Source: Octopus vulgaris
Lineage: Eukaryota
DNA: 64,000 nucleotides
Direction of reading: 5' to 3'
NCBI GenBank assembly: GCA_951406725.2
Contig: OX597836.1
Span: forward strand, 29,202,001 to 29,266,000
The notes under the pieces are model-generated. The model saw only the letters and a list, made by a program, of their open reading frames with translations, did no database searches and was not told the origin of the DNA. Of this stretch, positions 1 through 12,049 are shown piece after piece (position 1 is the stretch's first letter; each line of letters begins with the position of its first letter). The translations under genes were made by a program, and so were the position numbers.

Positions 1-1216
1 TTGGGTAATGGACGAATATGAAGTGACAGAGGGATAATAACGTTAATATAGCTGTCACATACATGTGAGACGCTGCATACATACTTTCGTAAATACACAG
101 ATACACGCGCACACACACACACACACACACACACAAATAAGTTTTGAAACGACGAGGAAGGGTAAGAGGGTGGGGATGAAGAATATATATAAATATATAT
201 ATATATATAGAGATATATGACAAAAAAAACATCATAAGCAATACCATATGTTATAAACTAAATAGGATATATAAACTAATAACAAATAACTAATTCTGGT
301 TTGAAAAAAAAAAGAAAACAAGGGGTGACAGCCTAGAAAATTATAAATAATGATTTCTCATTTAGGCACAAGGCCAACGATTTGTGGGGAGGGACAAGTG
401 GATTAAAGCGTCCCAGTACATTACTCGTGCTTTATCTTATCGACCCTGTAAGAATGAAAGGTAAAGCTGACTTTAGGGGGATCGAACTCAGAACGTAACG
501 GGTCATAACACTATGCTGCAAAGCACGTTGCCCGATGCTTAGGCACAAGACCAGCGATTTAAAGGGAAGGGCAAAGTCGATTAAACCGACTTTCGTTACT
601 AGTACAAAATAACAAACTCTGAGAAATTTATTATTATTTTGACATAAATTGTTAATCAGCATGACAAAAAAAAAAAAAGAAAAGAAAAAGAACAAAACAA
701 AAAATATGACAGGAATGGGAAGAGAATCTGGAGAGTTCTATTTGTTTTCATAACGCGTGAGAAAAAATATTTTATCCACGCTCATGCGGGTGAGCCTTCA
801 ACATTTTAAAGGCATTGATAACTTTCAACCCTAAGAAGATCAATCATTTTGAGACACAACACATTTGCTTCAGGACACATAGAAAACAAGGAAATTGCTG
901 TCAGAAAATATGCTTTACAACCAGCCAGAGTTTATAAAAACCTGAGGCTGGACAACTGCCCCAGTCTAAAACATATGCGTGAGTTTACTGCTACTCCGCA
1001 TTGTAGTCAACAAATCTTCATTTTCAATTTCCCAACGATTTCTCTACCAATCACCAACACAAATTCCACGCAAACTAAGAACTTCAATGACGAACTGTTT
1101 ATTCTTACAGGACAAGCTTTTTACGGAATAAGGATTTAACAACATCAACACGACTCCAATAATTTCTCTTTGAACTTTTTTTCATAACATCATGGCAGAG
1201 ATGTCTCACTCGTATT

Positions 1217-1433
1217 CGAGGGCTTGCTGAAAAGTTTCTGGCTTTGGGTAAAAGAAAATACAGGAGGATCAGATAATTATGATTTTATACAACATATCCC
1301 CCTCTCAGATTCACACGCTCATTGCTGCGGTCCTTCAGTTTTTCTAATCCCTGTAAAAGAACTCGGAAGCGTGGATCTCCAACCAAGTCATTCACGATAC
1401 TCTTAAAGCCAGGAAATTTTCAGCAACCTCTCA
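1217..1433 (-). mobile_element. Mariner-derived MITE
   Basis: TIRs of about 28 bp (cgagggcttgctgaaaagtttctggcttt / aaagccaggaaattttcagcaacctctca); related pieces at 2392-2530, 4324-4372 and 13683-13799. Confidence 0.7.
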
Positions 1434-3289
1434 TACAAACATATATATAGAAGACAATTTCCACTTAAAACCAGTTTGTTGGATGTAAATTTGACACAGC
1501 AGAACAATCTAAGGGACATAACTCTGGAAAGTCGAAAGCTAGCTTGGTGTATTCCGGACCACATAGTTCTGGCTTCAGTCCCACTGCAGGGCATCTTGAG
1601 CAAAGTGTCTTCTACTATAAGCCTCGGGCGAATGAAAGCCTTGTGAGTGGATTTGGAAGGCGGAAACTGAAAGAAGCCCGTCATATATATGTGTGTATAT
1701 ATAAGGCAGCGGGCTGGCAGAGACGTTAGCACGCCGGGCGAAATGCGTAGCCGTATTTCGTCTGCCGTTATGTTCTGAGTTCAAATTCCGCCGAGGCCGA
1801 CTTTGCCTTTCATCCTTTCGGGGTCGATAAATTAAGTACCAGTGACGCACTGGGGTCGATGTAATCGACTTAATCCCTTTGTCTGTCCTTGTTTGTTCCC
1901 TCTGTGTTTAGCCCCTTGTGGGTAGTAAAGAAATATATATATATGTGTATATGTATGTGTGTGTGTCTGTTCGTTCCTCACAACCGCTTGACAACCGGTA
2001 TCGGTATGCTTACGTCCCTGTAAACTTAGTGGTCCAGCAAAAGAAACAGAATAGATACCAAGATTTAGGAAAATAAGTACTGGGTTTGATTCATTCGACT
2101 AAAAGTTCTTAAGGTGGTGCACCAGCATGGCCGCAGTCCAATAACTGGAAATACACATGCACACGCAAAGATGCGACAAATTCACATACGATGGTGTTCT
2201 GTTGCAGAACAAGACTGTGCAAAAAAAAATAATAACTTTAAAGTTAAAGATAGTCTTTGCTTGCGTCAAAAATTAGATTAGAACAAACCTCTGCAACAAT
2301 GCACCAAGCTAGCTAGAGTTATGTCCCTTAGGTTGTTCTGCTGTAACGAACCAGGTTTAAGTGGAAATTGTCTTTCATACACGTGTATGTATGAGGGTTT
2401 GCTGAAATGTTCCTGGCTTTAAGGGTATCGTGAAAGGCAATGTTCGAGATCCAAGCTTCCGAGTTCTTTTACAGAGCTTAGAAAAACTGAAGGACCGCTG
2501 TAATGAGTGTGTGAATATGAGAGGAGAATATCTCTTATTATAAAAGGCAGATTTTATCTGCCTCCCTTTGGGAGTTATACAAATCTACAATATAGGATTT
2601 CTTCAATTACAATTTACCTGGCATTTTTAAGAGTACAATGCATCGCGTCATGCCAGGTCCAGTTTTTAAAATTTAAACTCCAATTAAGCAAAATTTACAG
2701 AAAACTCACATTCTGGTGTGTGTGTCAAATGCTTTTCTTAGTCTGGTTTACACCACACGCAAACGCACACACACAGTGGGCAACGAATAAAATGAAAGTA
2801 AATAGCGGACAGAGTGATTTGAGGAAGACTAAAGTGAAAGTATTCTGTCTATGACGATGATAGATACATGAGTAAAATGTATGGGAAGCTAAGAGCTAAG
2901 AGTGAGTGAAAATGTTCTTGGAAGAGAGTAATTAGTAATAAAGTAAACATACACTCATACATACATACATACATACATACATACATACATACATACATAC
3001 ATACATACATACACACACACACATACACACACACATACATACACACACACATACATACATATACATACATACATACATATACATACATACATACACACAC
3101 ACACATACACACACACACAGTATTGAAGCTTGAGAACAATCAGATACATTTGCAACACATCTGTTGAAAATATTATTGTTCACACACATACATATACATA
3201 TATACATACAGACAGACAGACAGATAGACACACACACACACACACACACATGATCCAGCATGGCCACAACCTCAAGGCTGAAACATATA

Positions 3290-3687
3290 AAAGAATAACA
3301 GAATATAAATGTGTGCAAAGTACAAGAAATATTAATGCAGTATATGGGGATTGGACAATAAGCGTAAGGCAGTGTCAATGGTGGTTCCAGAAATCCCGAG
3401 CCATAAACTACAGCCTAGAAGACGAGCCTCATCCTGAAAGATCTGTAGAACTCGACAAAGACATCCTGAAAACCCTGGTGGAACAAAATATCATCGTAAC
3501 TGTTGAGGAACTAGCAGAGAAGCTTGGATTTGGTCATTCAACCATTCATTGACACCTGTGTGCTATCGGAAAAGTCAGCAAATTGGGTCAATGGGTTCCT
3601 CACGAACTTTCCGAGTCTAATTGCATGCAGAGAGTGAATGTATGCTTTTCTTTGCTGTCATATCTCACCACTACTGCGCTATGTATA
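3290..3687 (+). pseudogene. Mariner transposase fragment (N-terminal HTH), interrupted by a Helitron
   Basis: RNINAVYGD..ISVRQCQWWFQK..SLEDEP..VTVEELAEKLG; a WVPHEL linker is encoded at about 3592-3609; the element's 3' end resumes at 4324 after the Helitron. Confidence 0.85.
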
Positions 3688-4323
3688 TCTATATATATAA
3701 AACTGTAGTTGTGTGAGTGTCTGTCCCCTTCGATTTAGATTCCTAACTACTCCCACATTTTGCGGTACAGTTTAACCAAATTCGGCTAGCTTATAGTTGT
3801 GATTCATATCGAGCCCGTCTGAATATTAGCGCGCGTCTACGATGAGTCTACGATTTTAAAAATAATTTAACATCATTTTTTATTCCATTTTAATGCATAA
3901 TTTTTCGTGTGTCGATGGCGGCGGAGTTGGCGTCCACGCTCACATCTGCACCTGTGGGGAAGGGAGTGTAAGGAAATCAACGTCGTAATGCGTTGTCAAG
4001 GAGACCAGTGTTCTTTTAGAACAACGACTTCATGGCTTCAAGACACCAAAACAGAAATGGCTAAGAAAGCGTCTACATGAGTCTACGATTAAAAAAAAAA
4101 TTTACCATCGTTTTTTTTCCATTTTAATGCATTTTTTCGCTATTATATAAGGGAAGTAACTCTCTAAAAATGTCTACGATGAGTCAACGATTTAAAAAAA
4201 ATTTACCATCATATTTTTTCCATTTTTAATGCATTTTTTGCTATTTTTTGGCTATAACTCTCTAAAAATGCTTATATAGTTATTTCCCTTACAAACCCGA
4301 GCAACGCCGGGCGATACTGCTAG
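3688..4323 (+). mobile_element. Non-autonomous Helitron
   Basis: 5' TC(TATATATATAAA), 3' GC-rich hairpin cccgagcaacgccggg then CTAG; inserted between A and T with no TSD. Confidence 0.85.
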
Positions 4324-4384
4324 TGTTGAATAAAATCATAATTAACTGATCCTGTAGTTCCTTTTACACAAAGCACCCAATCGT

Positions 4385-4429
<45 letters not shown>

Positions 4430-4439
4430 CGCGAAGAGT

Positions 4440-5801
4440 TCACAACTGATCTCCTGTCACTTAGGATTGCATGTGAAGGTGATAAATAGATCAGGTAACC
4501 CATAATGCCACACATATGTGATTGCATCCTAGGTCCTCTCATGCATATAGTGGGGACCTCCTGTAAAAGTAGATGGAAGGATGCAAATTTGTCCAATGCT
4601 TCCAGGAACTGCATCATTGTTGATACCATCTCGAAGGTGGATGTAGCTGTCACAACGCAGATTTTTCTGATTTAATTTGATGAACCCCAATCTCTCAGAC
4701 TCCATTATTTGCACTCATATCAACTACAAATTGGTGGTAGAGTTCTTGTGACCTGTGTAGGTAGTTGAAGCAGTTCTCGCGTGTCATAAAGCTGTACGCG
4801 TAGAAGTCCATACATGAAACTGTTTTGTTGATTTGCTCTCCAGCACTGTTAGTGCTACGCTTTGGAATACCAAAATGGTAACCATTCTCACCATTTACAA
4901 AGAGAAGGGTATACTGAAGTGCGTCGAAGGAGCTATGTGTTTCACTGATCCATTGTAGCATTCTCAACGCTTGAGAATAATGCCTCTGCTCTTGTACAGG
5001 AGGACGACAGCAATCTCATTGCATTTTGGTGCATCATAGTGGCCTGCGTGCTTCCCAGATGGTCTTTGGTCAGCATTTAATACAACGGTGAAATTTGGCG
5101 TAGTTTCTGATTCCAAAGCATACCCGAAGCTTTGGACATAGCTGTTTCTAGAATGCGTCATATCCTGAAGTTGCAGAATGAACTCCATGTCAGTACCAGG
5201 TGAAATGGAATTTCGCTTGTCTGCAAGCTCATGGCATTTCTCAACAAAGTACAGCTGAAGAAATCGAGGTTCTTCATTTTCCAGAGGCTGGAGCGATCCA
5301 ATCCTGTGATACACCTGTCCCTGCACTTTGAAAGTGGTTATAAATCCACCCTCTTTGATAATATTTGCCCCGAAAGAGGTCATTTGAAAAGCGCAGTTGT
5401 ACTTTCGAATGTTATCTAGGAAGTGCTTCGACTCTGCTGTTATGCCTAAAAGTAGAAGCTTCAGCGGCTGTGGTGGATCTTCAAACGGGGTGGTAGTGCA
5501 ATTGGACCTTCCCATTAGAGTAGCACATTCCAGAAGTTTCTACTGGTCATCTCTTGGTGTTGCAGAACGGGCAAGCAATATCTAGATAGATAGCATAGTG
5601 GACCCTTAATATCTAGATATTGAAATCTAGATAGATGGCGTAGCGGACCCTTGCTTTCCATGGCTCTAGCATTGGCTGTGCAAGAAGCATTTTGTGAATG
5701 TCTTTGTTTAATCTCGTGTGATTATTCATTGCACTCCTTCCCTTCGATGTCTCTGCTGCGGCAGGTTTGCGACCAATACGGATTCTTTTCTTAGGTGGCA
5801 T
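4440..5801 (-). pseudogene. Helitron RepHel N-terminal half, frameshifted and 3'-truncated
   Basis: MPPKKRIRIGRK; FLDNIRKYNCAFQMTSFG; FKVQGQVYHRIGSL; DALQYTLLF; QFVVD; ESERL; ILPSTFTGGPHYM; HYGLPDLFITFTCNP (Rep motif 1), spread over several frames with stops. Confidence 0.92.
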
Positions 5802-6708
5802 TGTCTCTGAGTTTAGAAGCTTCAATTACAAAATGCAGATGTGACAAAAAATCTAGAATAAAGTAATGTTGTGTGGGGGACGTACAGATAGCGTAAATAT
5901 ACTGAAGTCAATTTTCAGGCAGATGTGTTGAAAATGAACTTAAACAGATGTCAGTTTTTAGGCAGATGTGGCAAAACTGAATTTAGATACACTGGATGAA
6001 TACAAATGAGAGATAACTAAGTTATTTTTCTGTCAGAATTTACAAAAACCGTAACGACATAGATTTTAACTCAAAACTATTTGAAATACGCGGAAGGTAA
6101 TTTGTAGACAGAATTTATTGTGCGTCAGTTAGAGAGAGAGATGGGGGGGGGGGGGGGGGAGAGAGTGAGAGAGAGGAAGAGTGAGTGAAGAAACAGACAT
6201 AAAATTAAAGAGAGAAACAGTGATAGATGGTGAGAGTGGAGTAATGGAAAGAGAATAGGTAAACAGTGAGAAAAGAGGGAGGGATTCGGATGAAAATTGT
6301 CGAAGTCAGAGGGAGAGGATCGGTCGAAAAATGAGATTGAAGACAAAGATATTGACGCACGACAAAATTGAAATACTGTGAATTGAATTTTTAGACAGGT
6401 GTGGCGAAACTGAATTTAAACACTCTGGGTGAACGAAAATGGCAAAAAAACTAAGTTAATTTTCAGTGAGAACGTAGAAAGACCGAAAAATGTTAGGTTG
6501 TGTGAATTTTCAGGAAATCCTCTCCTTAACTACCGGAAAAACGTTTTCCCAACAAATCTTTACATACAGTCAATCTACAAGATGTAAGCGATTATTTAAG
6601 CTGAAGTCAATTTTCAGCCAGATGATTTGAAACTGAATTTCAAGTAAAGTCGGTCTTTAGGCAGATGTAGCAACACTGAATTTAGACACACTGGATGAAT
6701 AAAAATGT

Positions 6709-7077
6709 GGATCTTTTCCTTTTGAACGGCACTTTGTAACATAATTTCTAGGTAACTAAAAAGTCTTAAACTTCGTATACTGGTAGAATGTGTTTATAAA
6801 ACATCATTTTCTCTCGGCTTTATTGAGAAAATTCTATAGGTTGTAACATATTTCGTCTAAAATGTCTTGCATTTCGGCAATTTTAACCAATCAATTACCT
6901 CCATTGACGTAAATAGGCGCAGGAGTGGCTGTGTGGTAAGTAGGTTGCTTACGAGCTTTATGGTTCCGGGTTCAGTCCCACTGCATGGCACCTTGGGTAA
7001 GTGTCTTCTACTATAGCCTCGGGCCAACCAAATCCTTGTGAGTGGATTTGGTAGACGGAAACTGAAAGAAGCCCGTC

Positions 7078-7161
<84 letters not shown>

Positions 7162-7885
7162 ATGTGCGTGTTTGTGTGTCTGTGTTTGTCCCCCCAACAT
7201 CGCTTGACAACCGATGCTGGTGTGTTTACGTCCCCATAACTTAGCGGTTCGGCAAAAAGAGACCGATAAAATAAGTACTAGGCTTACAAAGAATAAGTCC
7301 TGGGATCGATTTGATCGACTAAAGGCGGTGCTCCAGCATGGCCACAGTCGAATGACTGAAACAAGTAAAAGATTAAAAGAGAGTAAAAGAGTAAACAACA
7401 TTCTGGGCATAATGAACATGTCCCTCCTTTAAGAAACAGATTGGGTGACATTTTCATTTGACACCGCTAGAAAAAAATCCCATTTTCCGTAGTGGTGTCG
7501 TATGAAATTGTCACCCATAATTATAACCCTAGTATCGATCTATTGCATTTCAATCTATTTTAGATTTAGGGTTAGAGTTAGGGTTAGGGGTTGGGGAAGC
7601 GTATCTTTTTTCTTCACAAATGTAAATAAACCCAATCTGTTTCTTAAACGAGGGACATATTCATTATGCACAGAATGTTGTTTACGTCAATGGAGGTAAT
7701 TGATTGGTTAAAATTGCCGAAATGCAAGAAATTTCAGACGAAATATCTTACAACCTATAGAATTTTCTCAATAAAGCCAAGAGAAAATGATGTTTTAAAA
7801 ACACATTCTACTAGTATACGAAGTTTAAGACTTTTTAGTTACCTAGAAATTATGTTACAAAGTGCCGTTCAAAAGGAAAAGATCC
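6709..7885. mobile_element. GGATC-terminated foldback MITE (Merlin-like) carrying a SINE insertion
   Basis: Long inverted arms ggatcttttccttttgaacggcac...gtgccgttcaaaaggaaaagatcc; flanking duplication aaaatgt. Confidence 0.8.
6916..7391 (+). mobile_element. tRNA-derived SINE family A (CORE-like), full length
   Basis: ggcgcaggagtggctgtgtggtaag head, B-box-like ggttcagtccc, ccttgggcaagtgtctt core, internal (TA)n, (AGAGTAAA)n tail. Further copies or fragments at about 1540-2150, 15950-16220, 24893-25215, 31050-31390, 33198-33575, 37245-37450, 49208-49770, 53848-54550 and 63830-63922. Confidence 0.85.
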
Positions 7886-8642
7886 AAAATGTGAAATAAC
7901 TATGTTATTTTTCAATCAGAATTTACAAAAAAGCATAACGTCATAGCTTTTAACACAAAACTATTTGAAATACGCGGAAGGCAATTTGTAGACAGAAGTT
8001 ATTGTGTATCAGTTAAAGAGAGGGAGAGAGAGAGGTGGGGAGAGAAAAAGGGAGAAAGAGAAAGAGAGAGTGTGAGTGAGAGTGAGAGAACGGGATAGAG
8101 AGAGAGAAAGAGAGACGGAGAGGGAGTGAAAGAAATATACATAGAATTAAAGAGAAGAACATTGACAGATGGTGAGAGTGGAGAAAATGAAAGAGAAGAG
8201 ATAAATAAACAGCGAGAGAAAGACGTAGAAAGACCGTAACAAAAATGATTTTTACGCACGACTAATAGAAATACATGGAAGCCAATGAGTAGAGAGAAGT
8301 TATTTTGTGTCAGTTAAAGAGAGAGAGAGAGAGAGAGAGGGGTGGAGTGAGAGAGAGAAAGAGTGTGTGTGAAAGAAATAGGCATAGACTTTAAGAGCGG
8401 AACTTTTACAGAGAGGCAGAGTGAGAAGAAGAAAGGGAAGAGATAAATAATCAGAGAGAGAGAGAGAGAGAAAGGAAAGAATCGGATATAAGGTGCAGCA
8501 GTCAAAGGAAGAGAATCGGTTGAGAATTGCAGTTTTTAGAGAAAAATCCACGTGGAATACATTCCCCCCACCCCTGTTTCTCTAAAAACTGCAATTCTCA
8601 ACCGATTCTCTTCCTTTGACTGCTGCACCTTATATCCGATTC

Positions 8643-8699
<57 letters not shown>

Positions 8700-8738
8700 T
8701 ATTTATCTCTTCCCTTTCTTCTTCTCACTATATATATA

Positions 8739-8869
8739 CAGGGTGTCCCCAAAAAATGTATACACACCTTAAATAATTGTAAATTTGTTATTCTTTGTAA
8801 GCCTAGTACTTATTCTATCGTTCTCTTTTGCCGAACCACTATGTGTATACATCTTTTTGGGACACCCTG
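8739..8869. mobile_element. Tc1/mariner-type MITE, 131 bp
   Basis: TIRs cagggtgtccccaaaaaatgtatacaca / tgtgtatacatctttttgggacaccctg with TA on both sides. Confidence 0.85.
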
Positions 8870-8977
8870 TATATATACATATATATATATATACAATGAG
8901 ATTGTAGTTTAAAATTTTGGCACAAGTTCAGCAATTTCGGGGGACAGGGTGAGTTGATTACATCGACCTCATTGTTC

Positions 8978-9256
8978 GGATCTTTTCCTTTTGAACGGCA
9001 CTTTTCAACACAATTTCTAGTCAACTAAACACTTTTAAACTTCGTATACTGGTAGTATGTGTTTATAAAACATCTGGTTAAAATTGCCGAAATGCTCGAA
9101 ATTTCAGGCGAAATATCTTACAACCTATAGAATTTTCTCAATAAAGCCAAGAAAAAATGATGTTTTATAAACACATTCTACCAGTATACGAAGTTTAAAA
9201 GTGTTTAGTTAACTAGAAATTATGTTACAAAGTGCCGTTCAAAAGGCAAAAGATCC
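8978..9256. mobile_element. GGATC-terminated MITE, internally deleted, inserted in a SINE
   Basis: Same TIRs as 6709-7885; perfect 8-bp TSD cattgttc; interrupts a minus-strand family B SINE (about 8905-9400). Confidence 0.85.
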
Positions 9257-10835
9257 CATTGTTCAGCTGGTATATATTTTATCAACCCTGAAAGGATGAA
9301 AGCAAAGTCGACCTCGCTGGAATTTGAACTCAGAACATTAAAACAGACGAAATGCCGCTAGATTTTGTCCGGTGCGGTAAAGATTCCGCCAGCTTGGCGT
9401 TTTAACTTTCGCAAACGATCTGGCCAGACTTTTAAACCCAACATACCTTATTGTATTCAAGCAGTTATCAATACGAAAGATAAATATACAAAATACTAGT
9501 TTATTGTGAAATTGGTGTCTGAAATCATGTCTTCAACAGAATCGATGCTTTAAAGTGAATACAACATTCATTTTGTAATCAGTTACCATCATTTTTGTTT
9601 ATAAATTTTAGGACGGTCTTAAACTTTTGGGCATAACTGTAGTTTTGTAGGAGTCATGGATGGATATCTGCGAGGAGGGGATTCGAAGACGAACAAAGAT
9701 GTGTGGCTTGTGTGTTAGTAGATGATAGGTTAGCTATCTTTAGGTTCTCGTGGATCAGAGTATCGTACTAAGGAAGTGGGTGCCCACCCTATCAAAATAC
9801 AAGAAAATTATATTATTCCCAGGTTCGAGGGTCTCCTGGGTCCTGGTGTTGTAGCACCCATAGCACCTACCTATAACTACTTGAACAAGTAGAAAGAATT
9901 ATCGAGCCGCTATTCTCCTGATTGAGAGGTCACGGCTCCAGTGCTACGGATATGTGATTAAAATGCAGCAGGAAAGAATCGCAAGGCAGATTCTTTAAGC
10001 TAGGAGACTTGGATGGTGATCAAGAATGAGATGGTTAAATAATATCATGAGTCTCATTTAGTCACACTTTGGAATACAGTGAGAAACTGTAACGACAGTT
10101 GCTTCACATTGGACATAGGGAGGCAGGTCCATCGCCAGACTTTGGTTCTTGAGGGTACTTCAGAATATTCTGGATGCGTACTAATTTGTAATGATGCTAA
10201 AGTGGAGTTTCGAAATAAGGGTATCATTGTAAACCCGAAGGAGCGCCATTGAATTGTGAGCGGGGATATGCCGTCCAGTGCATTCCCTTAGATTATGGAC
10301 ATACATGGAGATGTCTGAGAACTCTATGCCCACCGCACTTCCGGGAATAATGGGCGGAGAAGATAGATGTGTGGATGGATGGATAGAAATTTGATTGAGT
10401 GTTGATTGATTTAAATGTGGGTGAGAGAGAAAGCGATTAAGATTCTCGAGTTGTTATTAACCACTATTTCAGTAGCAACAAGAAGACCGGCTTGGTGTCA
10501 GTGGTTGTGAATTGGCTTCTCGAATGTCTATGATTGCAAAGAAAATCAAGAACTGGAGATGACGAGATGGGATTATGCGCCAGGGTTTTTTTCTGTTTGT
10601 TTCCCATTTTTCAATTCCTTCAATTTTCCTTCCAATTGATTTCATATTAGTTGTAACATTTATAAAATTGGATGCTAATCCTTGACATGAAATTCAGTTT
10701 CTCCATAAATCAATAAATAAATAGCTTAATAGCTTTTAAAATGCTCAACAGATACTTATTCTATGGATCCCGAAAATAAGAATATAAAATGCAAAGTCAA
10801 CCTCCATTTGAACTCAGAACCACTTCCCACAACCA

Positions 10836-11207
10836 TCTCTCTCTATATAAACGGCAGTTTGTCTGTGCGTGTTTCTGTGTGTCTGTTTGCTTGTACCCTC
10901 ACCCTGACCACGGCTTTCAACCGATTCTGATGAAACTTGACACACACATAGCCCAATGTCATAATTCAAAACTAACGCAGCGAAAATTTTGATAAGTTCC
11001 CCCAGTTCTGAAAAAATCGATAAATTCGACATGGGGTCGAGAATCAGAAACACAAACCGCAAACTGTCTAGGGGACGCAACTCCACCTTTTTTTACTCTC
11101 AAAAAAAAGTTACCATCATTTTTTTCCATTTTTTGGCTATAACTCTCTAAAAATGCTTTATAGTTATTTCCCTTACAAACCAGAGCAACGCCGGGCGATA
11201 CTGCTAG
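10836..11207 (+). mobile_element. Non-autonomous Helitron
   Basis: A|TCTCTCTCTATATAAA 5' end and ...gcaacgccgggcgatactgCTAG|T 3' end. Confidence 0.85.
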
Positions 11208-11669
11208 TCATTTGATAAGCGGTAAACGACCACTTGATAATAGCTTGGTTTCTTTCTATGAATTTGTCCATGGCTTAAAATGACTCCAAATTTGCAAGCT
11301 TTAAAAGCGATTAACTCTTTATTGATTTATGGCGAAAATGATGTCAACGAAAAAAAAAAAAAAAACAAGCAGCCACACAGCTATGATACCGTACTGGATA
11401 CTAAACGAGTCAGTTTGTTTAGATATATCATGTGTAAGTAATTAAGTAGGGAGAGTAGTTTTACTAACTAACTAGGAAGAAGAGGGCGGAAGGGAAAGAA
11501 AGAAAATGTGCATACGCACACACATACATATCGTGTGTGATAAGCAATCATTTTCTTCTCTCATTCTCGACGTTATAAAAGTACTGAGTTGTTTGACAAG
11601 GTCTCATTTATCCCGTAGATGCAACTTGCGAGAGTCAGTAGTAAAAGCTAAAACCATATTACCGCCGTC

Positions 11670-11675
11670 TATAAG
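11670..11675 (+). promoter_or_regulatory. Candidate TATA box of the FABP-like gene
   Basis: TATAAG about 85 bp upstream of the ATG at 11758, in unique sequence; another TATAAAA at about 11574. Confidence 0.4.
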
Positions 11676-11757
11676 CAACAGGCCGTGTTTAAAGTCAACT
11701 ACAAATACCAGCTTCTCTTGGTCTTTCTCACCCTCTGATACATCATATAACTAAACG

Positions 11758-11833
11758 ATGGAACAATTCCTTGGAAAATGGAAAGAAGTCAAAGAAGGCG
11801 CGGAATCTCACCGTCGATTTTTAGAAAAAATAG
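11758..11833 (+). CDS. FABP/iLBP-family protein, coding exon 1 (MEQFLGKWKEVKEGAESHRRFLEKI-G)
   Basis: ATG, then the calycin GxW motif (FLGKWK); ends ATA G|gtatta, a phase-1 donor inside a Gly codon as in FABP exon 1. Too short for the ORF track. Confidence 0.85.
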
Positions 11834-12049
11834 GTATTATACTATTTTTGTTGATTTTTATTTTTGCATAAATGAATTGTGTATCTCTGAAATGTCGTTC
11901 TCTGTGAATGTGTGTGTGTGTGTGAGCATCAGTATCGGCCGTTGTTGCATAAGATCACAAGTTGTCAGTTGTAGTGACGCTATACAACAGCGCGCGCGCA
12001 CATCTCTTCCGACCACTAGTTGCCCTTTTTCAAAGTCTGCTTACAACTT

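Larger units (their letters stand above)
5820..8560 (-). repeat. Sub-repeat-rich region upstream of RepHel (probable Helitron 5' non-coding part); second copy at about 14130-15620
   Basis: Recurring units such as ggcagatgtggc.aaactgaattta and aactatttgaaatac.cggaag, colinear with 14130-15620. Confidence 0.6.

Noticed and set aside
849-1139. 96-aa ORF in unique-looking sequence
   Set aside because: It starts at TTG and has no recognisable domain or convincing splice sites.
5880-6700. Short repeats with variable spacers, superficially CRISPR-like
   Set aside because: The context is eukaryotic, the repeats are degenerate and irregularly spaced, and there are no cas genes; they are TE sub-repeats.
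6857-7432. Recurrent ORFs with RLPNPLTR/YQIHSQG motifs that look like a gene family
   Set aside because: All coincide with SINE family A copies; the shared peptide only reflects the repeat consensus.
9650-10620. Possible LINE remnants (RTE-like ERSRLQCYGYV on +; Cys/His-rich segment on -)
   Set aside because: Too degraded to assign boundaries or family by eye.
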